Of a stretch of DNA of 64,000 nt, positions 52,801 to 64,000 are shown piece after piece. This DNA comes from Antedon mediterranea. Taxonomy: Eukaryota; Animalia; Echinodermata. The position numbers and the translations under genes were made by a program. The DNA lies in contig NC_092674.1 of assembly GCF_964355755.1 (NCBI RefSeq), positions 4,154,001-4,218,000 of the forward strand, read 5' to 3'. The notes beneath the pieces were generated by a model. That model was not told the DNA's origin. It ran no database searches and worked only from the letters and a program-made list of their open reading frames with translations. Numbering within the stretch: position 1 is the first letter of the stretch; each line of letters starts with the position of its first letter.

Positions 52801-55427
52801 TCCAGGGTCAAGTGCATTTAGCCTAGACAGTTGTACACGTAAGAATTGTGTTATTTAAGAATATTATGCAGTTGTCAATTGTATGACCCACTATACAACC
52901 ATGAAGAGGTACGTCATTTGTCCGATGTGCATCATACTTTATGAATACCATATTATGATGAATACCCCTGCATAAAAAAATTGACTTACCTTTAGGTGAC
53001 CATGACGCACCCATTTTGAAGAACAATGGCGCGTTGTGACCATGTTGTTCATGATATGGTGGGTGGTAAAGTGATGGACATTGACACACCATTGTTCATT
53101 GATGTGATGTATCATCTAGGTTTTTTGACGCACCCCAGTGTCAATAATTTTTATTTAATTTTTTTTTTATTCAATCGAAACCAACAGCGATAATTACCGC
53201 CACTAACAGGTTTGATACAAACAAAGCCAGGAGAGTTTAAAGCACCTTGATTGGTCCTGACATTGATCAAGGGCTTCTCTCGTCCAGTGCCCACCTTGAC
53301 CAGAGGTCTGAGGCAGATACTAGATGCAGGGGCTGCCATAAGAGTCAGCAGTGCTGATTTCAAATGCCTAACGGGACCCCATCTCCGTATACAGCACCCG
53401 CTATTCCCAGATGGTCTCCCATCCAAGCTCTAACCAGGCCCAACGTTGCTTAACTGACGAGAACCGGTGTTTCAACGTGGTAAAGCCGTATATAAGATGA
53501 CAACACATTATTTGTAAATGACGCATCCATAATGCACCTCTCCCAGGAGTCGTATAGTGGGTCATACAATTGACAAGTGCATTACTGTTGCTGTATAAAT
53601 AAGATATACTTTAAACAAAGTGTCCCATTAATAGGGGTTGTCTGTAGTGTTAATGCATACAGTATATTTCCCTGTGTTTGTTTTACAGAATAGTGTCCCC
53701 TTAATAGGTGTTTCCCTACTTAATACTTTGTCTCAATGTTTTGATAGCTATGTATACCAATATATTGTCTTTTTTGTTAGGTTCATGTAGACCTGGTAAC
53801 TATTCCTATCTTGGTATAGAACCATGTAACAAGTGTGCCGTTGGCACTTACCAGACGCGGTACAACAGCAGGTTCTGCACACGATGTCCGAAAGGTGTTG
53901 AAACACACGATGAAGGATCATCATCAATAAGAGAATGCATAGGTACAGTCATTATACATATAAGATATACATATAAAGCTCTGTCCACACTATCAAACTA
54001 GTTCGACAAGTGTGATGTGCCCAAATATGGTAGTGATAATGACTTCATCATGTCCATATATGGGCACATCACAAAAGTTTAATAATGTAGACAGTGTACA
54101 GTATTTCTTGATTATAATTTTCTTTGTAGTAAAATTGTTCTCTTTTTAGGTTATGAAACATATTCAACAGCAAGCCCAAGTGAAATTCCAACAGGCTCTA
54201 TCAAACCAACAAAGGGCCAGATGACAACACAGGCCATGACTACAGCATCCAGCAATGATAGCGAAGTAGCAACCTTAAAAGACAGTCGAGAATTTAGCAT
54301 CATAATAGTCGTAGTATGTGTAGCAGTTGCCTTCTTTGTTATTGTTGTTATTGCTATATGTGTTGTAAAAAGAAGAAGGTAATTAATTTCATTTTTTTTT
54401 GTAAACCAATGTGACCTAGCCAATTCTTGGTTCTACAATGTTTACAGTATCATAGGCAGATTCTGTGATACAGTGTCACATATGCATCACAAGTGATGTC
54501 TGTATCATTAGTCTAAACTAACCCTAACTTTAACATATGTAACACTGTATATTTTAAGTTATTTCTATTTTTAAATTATTTCTATTTTAAGTTATTTATA
54601 TTATAAGTTATGTATATTTTAAGTTATTTATATTTTAAGTTATGTATATTTTAAGTTATTTCTATTTTTAAATTATTTCTATTTTAAGTTATTTATATTA
54701 TAAGTTATGTATATTTTAAATTATTTATATTTTAAGTTATTTATATTTTAAGTTATGTATATTTTAAATTATTTATATTTTAAGTTATTTATATTTTACA
54801 GGAAAAAAGGAACGTTTAAACCCCACCGCCTAAATGATGACTCACAGCCTGTGAGCAACATGTTCCAGGAGTTAGGAGAAATGCAAACTCTCTGCTTTGA
54901 GAATCAAACATACAGTGCTGATAATGGTAAGCGTGACAGGTTTAGGCCTAGAGTTAAGCTCTGTCTACACTATCAAACTAGTGTGACAAAAAAGTGTGAT
55001 GTGCCCAACTATGGTAGTGGTATGACATCATCATGTCCATATATGAGCACATCACATTTTGTTGTCACAAAATGTGATAGTGTAGACAGAGCTTTAGAGA
55101 TTTAGTACAGTAGAACGAGTTGAAATATATGTTTTAATACTCTGGCTAACCTCTATTCAGGGGCCATCAATGGTTCTACTATAGATAGAAAGATTAACAG
55201 TACATATACAGCATTACAGATACAAAGCTCTTTAACTAATAATAATTAGATAATAAAACAATACAATAATAATACAATTTAGTAATAATAATTTGTTTTA
55301 ATTAGTAGATAAAAACATTGAAGATGATTTTGGCTATTCGATGTTGGAAAACGACAACACATCAATTGGAAAGCCGCTTACGTCATTCAAAGTAGATGAA
55401 AATGATGATCTTCTCGCCACTTTGTAA
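22825..55427 (+). CDS. Type-I membrane protein, ~2573 aa: signal peptide, 3x(YWTD propeller+EGF), sushi/HYR array, furin site, ephrin-receptor-like repeats, TM, endocytic tail
   Basis: 43 GT-AG exons join in frame (7722 nt by my count): 22825-22873, 27132-27582, 28942-29079, 30195-30324, 30904-31045, 31768-31881, 32454-32723, 33274-33427, 34185-34325, 34941-35058, 35183-35333, 35594-35731, 36519-36764, 37205-37367, 37499-37626, 37880-38161, 39105-39236, 39630-39797, 40119-40298, 40683-40877, 41373-41618, 42065-42256, 42735-42917, 43446-43640, 44072-44317, 44768-44962, 45230-45418, 45693-45881, 46347-46601, 47665-47844, 48252-48458, 48912-49025, 49480-49611, 49869-50114, 50646-50846, 51227-51363, 51767-51906, 52110-52297, 52677-52838, 53781-53942, 54150-54378, 54802-54926, 55309-55427. 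Confidence 0.88.
23950..24472. repeat. Near-perfect 262-bp tandem duplication
   Basis: AACATTCCAAATTATTTGG starts at 23950 and again at 24212, with few substitutions. Confidence 0.9.
25362..25715. repeat. Minisatellite, ~39-42 bp unit AATATATTCATGAATATTCATAAGCTTTGCAACTGACAACGTC
   Basis: About 9 copies, each with the palindromic core ATGAATATTCAT. Confidence 0.85.
38262..39076. repeat. Minisatellite, ~18 bp unit GATATCCAGGTGTGCTTC(C/T), ~45 copies
   Basis: Direct inspection; intronic. Confidence 0.95.
39375..39540. repeat. Minisatellite, ~22 bp unit CCTGACCTCTCACCATAGTAACAC
   Basis: About 7 copies. Confidence 0.85.
46628..47212. mobile_element. Penelope-like element remnant (inverted pseudo-LTR pieces, decayed hammerhead)
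   Basis: 46628-46800 is inverted relative to 47100-47212 and contains an internal tandem duplication. A hammerhead-like motif lies at 47045-47085, and a homologous fragment at about 13560-13710. Confidence 0.6.
47367..47570 (+). mobile_element. tRNA-derived SINE, family 2
   Basis: Degenerate A/B boxes followed by the body AAAGACTTGTAATAAGACTTTGTTTATGTAG...GATTGCCACCTTTAAGAAG. The body is shared with about 30335-30575 (+) and, in part, 595-715 (-). Confidence 0.65.
47892..48070. mobile_element. MITE family B (Harbinger-like)
   Basis: TIR AGGCCAATTTAC..., TTA on both flanks. Related copies at about 14798-14978 and 29987-30131. Confidence 0.8.
51413..51722 (+). mobile_element. tRNA-derived SINE, family 1 (CORE-like centre, L2-like tail)
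   Basis: A box TGGCG.., B box GGTTCGAATCC, CCTTAGGCAAG...CCTCTCTCCACCCAGGTGTA, tail GCTATATAAAT-(ATT)n. Other copies at about 26790-26985 (+, truncated), 42306-42630 (-) and 50240-50545 (+). Confidence 0.85.
52867..53581. mobile_element. Non-autonomous DNA transposon (~30-bp TIR, TTA TSD) carrying a nested SINE
   Basis: TTA-TGCAGTTGTCAATTGTATGACCCACTATAC ... GTATAGTGGGTCATACAATTGACAAGTGCA-TTA. Confidence 0.8.
53150..53492 (-). mobile_element. 5S rRNA-derived SINE (SINE3-type)
   Basis: Minus 53492-53389 reads TACGGCTTTACCACGTTGAAACACCGGTTCTCGTC[~10-nt deletion]AGTTAAGCAACGTTGGGCCTGGTTAGAGCTTGGATGGGAGACCATCTGGGAATAGCGGGTGCTGTA (5S-like). It is followed by a ~220-nt non-5S body and an AATAAA/A-rich tail. 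Confidence 0.8.
54548..54798. repeat. AT-rich 16-17 bp minisatellite TATTTTAAGTTATTTA
   Basis: Runs into the acceptor at 54800-54801. Confidence 0.85.
54957..55093. mobile_element. MITE family A, cleanest copy
   Basis: TTA-AGCTCTGTCTACACTATCA...TGATAGTGTAGACAGAGCT-TTA, with a 3-bp TTA target duplication. Confidence 0.92.
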
Positions 55428-56548
55428 AATAAAACACACAAAAAAAGAGTACATCTATGAAAAAAAATTATGATGGAAGAGCATTGGTTACATTTACTGT
55501 AAATTATAGAAAGATAGGGACGGGTAACGCATATTTATTCAGGGAGAGTTGGCAGTGGATTAACAGAAAGACATGAGGCCCCTAGTTTTGGAACCTAAGT
55601 TTCCCTCCAATGCTGGAGGCCTTGGGCGTTTTTAGCCTTTTTCGACATAATTTTAAGCCTGTTTTTTCCTTTGGGCACTGCACAGGGGCCCCATAACTCC
55701 GGGGACCCTTGTTTTAGCCATTGAGCTCAAAGCCGTTACGCTACTAAGAGTTGGATTGGATGGAATGGCTTCTTCAACTGTACTACAACACAACCATATT
55801 TAATTGCTTTGTATTGACTTTAAAATATTCCAGTTATAGTTAATTGTTGCAGAAAAAATATTCGTTATGCTGCTCCACCAACCAGATGTTATCAATTTCA
55901 GGAGGGTATTTAATACTTTGTTAATATGGAATTCAACTTTTATATCCATGGGTCCAGGGGAGGGAGGGGGAAGGGAACACAGGAATTTTGAGCTGGCTAC
56001 ATACCAAACCCTATGTACATTGAATAACTGGCATTTGGTGTAGTATGCTATTTATTACTCAGAGACTGCAACCAAACGTTTTCTAAAGTTAATTTTAATT
56101 TAATATTGAATCATATTTTTATTGTAAAAGATTTATTTTTAAATTTGATTATATTTTTTGTAATTGTTATTGAATATTATATATGTTTTTTTTAATAAAA
56201 AAAATAAACGAAGTGTGCTTAAAAATATATTACAAATTGTTAATTCACAGATGAGTGCATCATAGTGATAAAGAATACAGGTTTATATGTAAAAAGGATA
56301 CACTTACACCAAAGATAAAAACTGGAAACATTTGTAAATTATAAAATTTATGAAAAAGTAAATGAAATTAAAACTGTTTTTTAGTTACATTTTTACTTGC
56401 TTCTGTTTATTAAATAATATTATATTGTCACAACTAAATACAGTATTGTGTTTTAGCTGAAAAAAAGTTTGCAATTCTTTAAACTCTAGAGGGGGTAGTT
56501 TATGCAAAGTGTTTCTGCTGTGAACAGCTGGTTGCACAACGTTGAAAT

Positions 56549-57927
<1,379 letters not shown>

Positions 57928-58239
57928 AGATGGACAGTAGACAATTATTTAACATTTTAAACATTTATATTATAAAGAAAAAAAACAGATAATCAGGTGA
58001 CACAAAGAATAATTTGCTTGTTGACAGAAAATTATTTGGCTGTAATCTTGTAACCTGCACTTTGGTGCTATGGTTTGTGTAAATTTAGACGAGTGTGTTA
58101 TATCCAGTATAAAACACTTGCCTTGATAGTCAGATGTTGAGGTTCGAATCATGTCATTTGCACACAATTGATTATGGGACGATATCTGTTGAGAGGTGAA
58201 AATCTGGGCTAAAACACAGTATATATATATATATAGGTA

Positions 58240-58770
58240 TTTTATTCATAAAAAAAACACATAAATAGTACAAACAGAAGGCAGCCAACGGCTGAATAAT
58301 TCTGCAAACAACGTACAAAGTAAAAATTTAAAAGACTCTAACAACAATATAATATATACAAGTACACAGTAAATCAAATCATTAAAAAGTCGTTAACATT
58401 CTTTAAAATGCCAAAAGACCCAGATAAACCAAGGCATGCGGTAATCACTAATTCGTTAATTACTATTAATGTTATAAACCTACAAAGTTTTAGTTTTAGA
58501 AGCTTCATTCATTCTATCAGTAATGTCAGGGATGGTAGAGCGTTTCCAACGATTGGTTTTACACAAGGGGGCATCCAACAAATTAACATTTCTGAAATTG
58601 CAACCGCGGTTACGATAAGGGGGAAGCATATCACGATAGAGTTTAAGGGAGTAGAGCCCCTTCCCAAATTTCATCATCAAGTTATCTCTTCTGGCTTCAA
58701 AGGAACATAATCCAGACATGGATAAAGCATTTTTATAACTGATGTACTTAGCGCCGTAAATACATCTTAG
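58240..58770 (-). mobile_element. 5'-truncated LINE (CR1/L2 group) 3' end, abutting a MITE-A fragment
   Basis: ALRCIYGAKYISYKNALSMSGLCSFEARRDNL...PLCKTNRWKRSTIP resembles the post-RT C-terminus of L2/Daphne-type ORF2. It is followed by a 3' UTR with AATAAA and (TA)n. Confidence 0.7.
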
Positions 58771-59885
58771 AGCTCTGTCTACACTTCCACTACTGTACTA
58801 ACTAACACTATATCACTACCATATTTGGGCACATCACACTTTTTTGTCAAACTAGTTTGATAGTGTAGACAGACCAAGATACCACTGAGACTATGTGAAG
58901 AATAGATCGAGGAAGCACCGCCACACATCATTAAACAATGTGATCTAACTTGTTCCTAGGTCGCAATTTAAAAGCCCCCCCAGAGACACAGTATAGTGAA
59001 GATACAGGACCAATCCGTTTTTTCTTTTAAAAGGTGTATTTTTGAAATGTCAAAATGATCATATTGAATTTATATTGTTAATTGCTTGTTGTATGTAAAA
59101 AGTGACAGTAGGAATCTATCCTATATGCATGCAATTTATTAAATATCAATTTAAGCCCGTCTATAATATAAAGGTAAGGTAATTTTAAACAGTTTTATGC
59201 CACTGATTCCAGGTATTAATTTGTTTAATTGAATATATATTATGTGACTAAAGTGTCTTTCAAACCTATTCCGACACACGGTTTCGGTCCGGAGTCGTCA
59301 AATCGGACGGTGAATGTTTCGTTTTCACAACGCTCCACGTCTATGACCCAATACATTTATGCGCGTAGCCATGTAAACACAAAACATTGACGTTTTATTT
59401 TCAGGTGCCGCGTCAGAACATGTGTGAAAGACCCTTTAGGAAATACAGTACTGTATACTGCAATCTAGTGTTAAAAGGATTTCACAGTATTGTTGCGGAA
59501 TTGGTACTTATTGCATATTATCAATGGTTTTTTTTCTGAAAAAGATCACATATTATTAAATGACAATAAAATCCAACAATTGTATTTGACTCTTGAGTAT
59601 ATCCACAACATGTTTACAAAAATGAATAGGTATACAGTGGATAATAAAATTATTGAATCACATTTGTTTTTAAACGTCGAAAATGTATTATTTATTTGAA
59701 ATTACTAAAGTATGTACTTACAGTACTAAATCAGCATAATATTGAGTTTTGTAGTTGATCCCTGGAGGTCATGATATATAAACAATCAAATTTCACGAAT
59801 CGTTATTTATAAATAAATCACCGCACGTACAGACCTGTTAACTGTATACACCTATATTGATTCGGATACTGAAGGAGCGCAAAAC

Positions 59886-62800
59886 ATGGCATACTGTATT
59901 GATAACATTGGCCAAATAAATGAACTTAGTAGCGGTATTTCTCGGCCACATGTATATGAATCGGTAACTGAGACAACGAAAGAAAGTAGGCCGAACTCCA
60001 TGGGCGATATCTCTTTGTTTCGGTTGAAGCAAGAAGTGATGTTCGTGCCAAGGGAAACGGATCACTACCCGGACCCGACGACGATGTCTTCGGCGGTAAG
60101 TCAGCCTAGGTTTGTGTATTGCTCTATAAAGTAGGCCTAGTTTTTTATAACAAAATCTACTACAGTACAGTACACTGACATTACATACAGGTAGAGCAGT
60201 TACAATTAACGTTTATTTAATGCATGCCCCTACGTACGTACTATAAAACAATTTGAAAATCCAGTTAGAAATAACCTTTTTAGCCGATCCCTAAAAGTCA
60301 TAAATAATTATTTTGTAGAACAACATGGTTTATAAATAATTCATGGATATTATGTAGTGTAATGTTTCTAATTGAATAGAATAGGCGTATACATTCACGT
60401 ATTTTTCAATATTGAAAAGAATTAATACATTTTTTTCAACAGGTAAAAATTGAGCCCGGTGGTAGTGCTACCGAACAATACAGCTTTTCTAATGGTCTTC
60501 AAGATGAATCAAGAACAGACCCTGCATTTGATGACGTCCTGCCTGCTCACTCTGCGCCAACGGTAGGTAAAAGACGTTGAATTACGGGTCTACCTTCAAT
60601 TAAAGACCACTTTAAATTAATGCATTTTTATGGTAGCCTATAGCCATTGAAAATGTTAAGAAAATGATTGTAGTTGTTTAAATACACATAAATGGACAGA
60701 AGAAACCAACCTGATTACACTACCCTCACCATCCTTCAGGGCAAGAAAACTATTATACCATTAAACTGATTCCCCTCTACGGCCTTTCGTTAGAGGGATT
60801 CTAATAAAGACCAAACCACTAAAACGTCCAATCAAAGACCAAAAATGGTCTTTAATTGGACGCAGACCTGTAATAGGCCTAAATATATTTTCTTCCGTTT
60901 TTAATAGTTGTTTTTGTTATTGAGATCCAATCATTGCTTGTTTTTCTCATTAATTGCTTGTTTTTCTCATTAATTGCTTGTTTTTCTCATTAATTGCTTG
61001 TTTTTCTCATAAATGTATTGTATAATACCTAAAATATAAAAAAAATTTTGAAAAAGCAACCGTACAAATAATTATTTTTACAATTAGTTGTTTAATGACT
61101 ATTTTCAATAGACACATAAAAGATCAGATTCGACGAGGAAGAGAAAACATAGAACAGCCGTTGTCAAAGTATTAGATCGACTCGCAACAAAGGATGTTGT
61201 ATGTCTTCCACACGAAGACGGAGATACGATAACCATACCACGAGGAAAGAGAAGAAGCCGGTTAGCTTCTGCAGGGATGACTGGTAACATTGTCCTGACA
61301 AGAAGACTTTCACCGCAGGCTGTGGTCGACGCAATATCGGCAATTTTCAGAGATACGTTCCAGATAAAAGAGGAAGATAGTTTTGACTTTATATTTCTTA
61401 GGTTGGTTTAAACAAGACAATCTAACAACAGGCCACTGAGCTCGCCTTGACAAGATAGGGACTCATAACAGTCCATTGATCTTATGTCTGGCTGCGATAA
61501 ATACCAACAGTACTGTATTCTCCGCGGTACGTGGTGTCTGTTAATAAGGGTCGTGGAACTGATCGTGTCGCAGCCACAGATAAACCCTTTGATCTCCGGA
61601 CCTCAGCATCCTGTTAGATTACCTTGGTTTAAATAATATCTCCTAATTCGATCGGTTCTCCATGCAAAATAAACGTCCCCAAAATATTGATTACATGCGT
61701 AAGGAAAAGAGTTGGTAGGTTGAAGGGAACATTGCATTGCACATCGCTGGTCCACCAATGCTTTCACAGACACCAATAATTGTCATATTGTGATCATTTT
61801 CTTACAGCGGGTTGGTTGGAAGTTTCAAGAAGCTACAGCGTTTGAATGCATCTTCTGATCTTGAATGGGGCGGTGCAGAGGTGATCTCCGCCTGCGGACA
61901 AGGCTCTCTGTATATAATGTGTGATGCTAAATATGGAGTAACATCTCAAACTTTTCCGGTACATATTTTTAGTTTGGAAATATGGGCGATTCCAAGGCGA
62001 AAACATAGCTTGGGTGATCAGACTTTCAGTTGGCCCTTGAACAATCTTTTAGACTTTAGACACTCATCATCATGAGTCACTTTAAAAACTCACTTGTTCT
62101 GATTCTGTATTAGCAATGATCTCTGGAATGGCGCTATGAAAATGGAATTGATTGAGAGTTGGTAGTAAAAAACATACTTTTTTTAGGCCCTACCATTATC
62201 ATAATCCTGGTATTGTTAGACACAACACTCATACTCAAGCTTGGTTCCCACTAGAACGTAACGCCAGGACGTAAACGCAACGCAAGCGTTTTAACCAATG
62301 ACAAGCGAAGTTATAGACAGTTAGCAATCACAAGCGAATAAGCCATCGCTTGTGATTGGTCAATTCACTTGCGTTGTGTTACGTCCTTGTGTTGCGTCGC
62401 TAGTGGGAACCACGCTTAACTAAAATACACGTAATTGTCGTATAAATTCTTTACAGGCACTCTTTGAACAGACAACTGAACGACACTCTATGGATCAGGA
62501 GGTTAGAGGTTACATTGTTTCTTTAAACAGTATTATTGTCGATATTCAGATACAGTTAGAGTTTTTTAATTTTTAAATGACATTAAACAGTGAGCATAGC
62601 TATACATATTTAATATCGACTTCTCTTTCCATCATCAGGACCCTATTACATCATCCACAAACGAAGTTACTTTATCTACGTTATCTAATCTGTTGGCCAT
62701 CTCAGATACCAGTTCACCCTCTGCTCGGTAAGGTTATTGTTAAAACTTAGTTCTCACTTGGATGAAACGCGATGGCGTAGACGCAACGCAATGACGTAGA

Positions 62801-63769
62801 CGCAACGCGATGACGTAGACGCAACGCGATGACGTAGACGCAACGCGATGACATAGACGCTAACGCGTGGTTCCTTAAAACGCAACGCAGCGACGTATTG
62901 ACGCAAAGTTCTGTATTGCGTAATCACAAGTGGAACTGACGACGCAGCAGTGCTGCAAACATCGCAGGCTTGATTTCACGCAGGCGGAGCAAACAAAAAG
63001 CGCATTTTCTTTACGTTGCGTAGGCTGCATTACGGAAACCATGCTTAACGCAAGTTTGTGTTGCGTCCATGGTGGGAACCAAGCCTTAAACATGTTGCTT
63101 TACGGTTATTTTCGTTTGAGGTTCTTTCAACTTGATTTTAAATGTTATCCTACAACTATCCAGACGCCTGGAAACTCATATTATTTAAACCATGGTAGGC
63201 CTAGCCTACAGCTTATTGCCACAGAGTTGTGATAGCAAGAAGGTCTAATTGAATTGTTATTCATTTTATAGAACATATTTAACATTGTTGAAGAACGAAG
63301 AAATGGTGTTTACAGATAATGTCACGAACGAATTATTACCTTCAGATTATACCACTGCAATGGTGTAAGTATAGATTTTGTTGTAAATTGTCTATTTGGC
63401 AAAACTACACATTTACGTAAAAGATACTGTAGAAGTTTAGTAGGCCCAATGTATATAATTATTTTGTGTTTTAAAAAATAATTTAGCGATGAAGATACAA
63501 TGCGGACCAGCTTACAACGATGGTACAATGTGCAATGCACTGTGACTGACGACGAGAGAGCAAGGATCATTGTCCGTACAAGCCACGAGGGCGAGGATGC
63601 ACTTCGCGCCTTTAACAATCGTGCGTTTAAATCCAAATGTCCATTTTCCGTCATTGTTGTCGATGATTGTGGTTCATATAGACAGGTGCCATCGAGGGAG
63701 TTGTTCACTCTTGCCATTCCTCAAATCAGAAACCGGTTCTTTTGCGGAAAACAAGGTTTTCATTTTTAA
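59886..63769 (+). CDS. Uncharacterised spliced gene resembling invertebrate G2E3-like HECT ligases; may continue past the window
   Basis: In-frame exons 59886-60095, 60443-60562, 61112-61401, 61808-61937, 62457-62501, 62639-62727, 63272-63364, 63487-(63755 donor or 63769 stop). Motifs KDVVCLP..IPRG..RLA, WGGAEV..CGQGSLYI and IIVR..DALRAF..PSRELF..FFCG. The exon chain is solid, but the family call is tentative. Confidence 0.6.
60932..61010. repeat. 20-bp tandem repeat ATTGCTTGTTTTTTCTCATTA, 4 copies
   Basis: Direct inspection. Confidence 0.85.
62238..62417. mobile_element. MITE family D (Harbinger-like, AGCTTGGTTCCCAC ends)
   Basis: Palindromic, with an internal CAATCACAAGCGA hairpin. Related copies at about 22300-22450, 40441-40582 and 62743-63087; the last has an 18-bp GACGCAACGCGATGACGTA array. 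Confidence 0.75.
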
Positions 63770-64000
63770 CATCTATGTCTTTATTCATGTCTTTATTCAT
63801 TCGTCATTGTCATCAGTTGAAATACATTTAACTAAATAAGCACTAAATAGGCCTAAATATTTCACTAAAATAAGCCTAAATATTTCACTAAAATAAGCCT
63901 GAAATATTTTTATTAAAATAAGCCTGAAAGCCTCAATATTCCTAATAGCTAAGTGATACTAAATAGATCTGATGTCATTCAATTAGACCTAATACATTTC

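Noticed and set aside
53389-53492. Functional 5S rRNA gene
   Set aside because: It has an internal deletion and substitutions, no terminator, and continues into a SINE-like body.
55416-55427. C-terminal LATL as a PDZ ligand
   Set aside because: It does not fit class I (S/T at -2), so the evidence is too weak.

Overview
AT-rich, intron-dense animal genomic DNA, probably an invertebrate deuterostome such as an echinoderm (inference). Six spliced host genes were reconstructed by hand, exon by exon: IFT80 (-, runs off the left edge, with a U12 AT-AC intron); a CXorf58 homologue (+, head-to-head with IFT80); PPM1L (-); a 43-exon, ~2570-aa type-I membrane protein with an unusual LRP-YWTD/EGF plus sushi/HYR plus ephrin-receptor-like mosaic (+); UFM1 (+); and a G2E3/HECT-like uncharacterised gene at the right edge (+). 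CXorf58 intron 2 holds a structurally complete but mutated DIRS1-type tyrosine-recombinase retrotransposon. It has ITRs, an ICR, gag, RT-RNaseH-methyltransferase and YR. The introns contain more than 20 copies of one Harbinger-like MITE, other MITEs, tRNA-SINEs, a 5S-rRNA-derived SINE, a Penelope-like fragment with a decayed hammerhead and minisatellites. They also contain what look like three classes of DNA-transposon excision footprints. All family assignments come from motif recognition, not database searches. Repeat boundaries are approximate unless stated.
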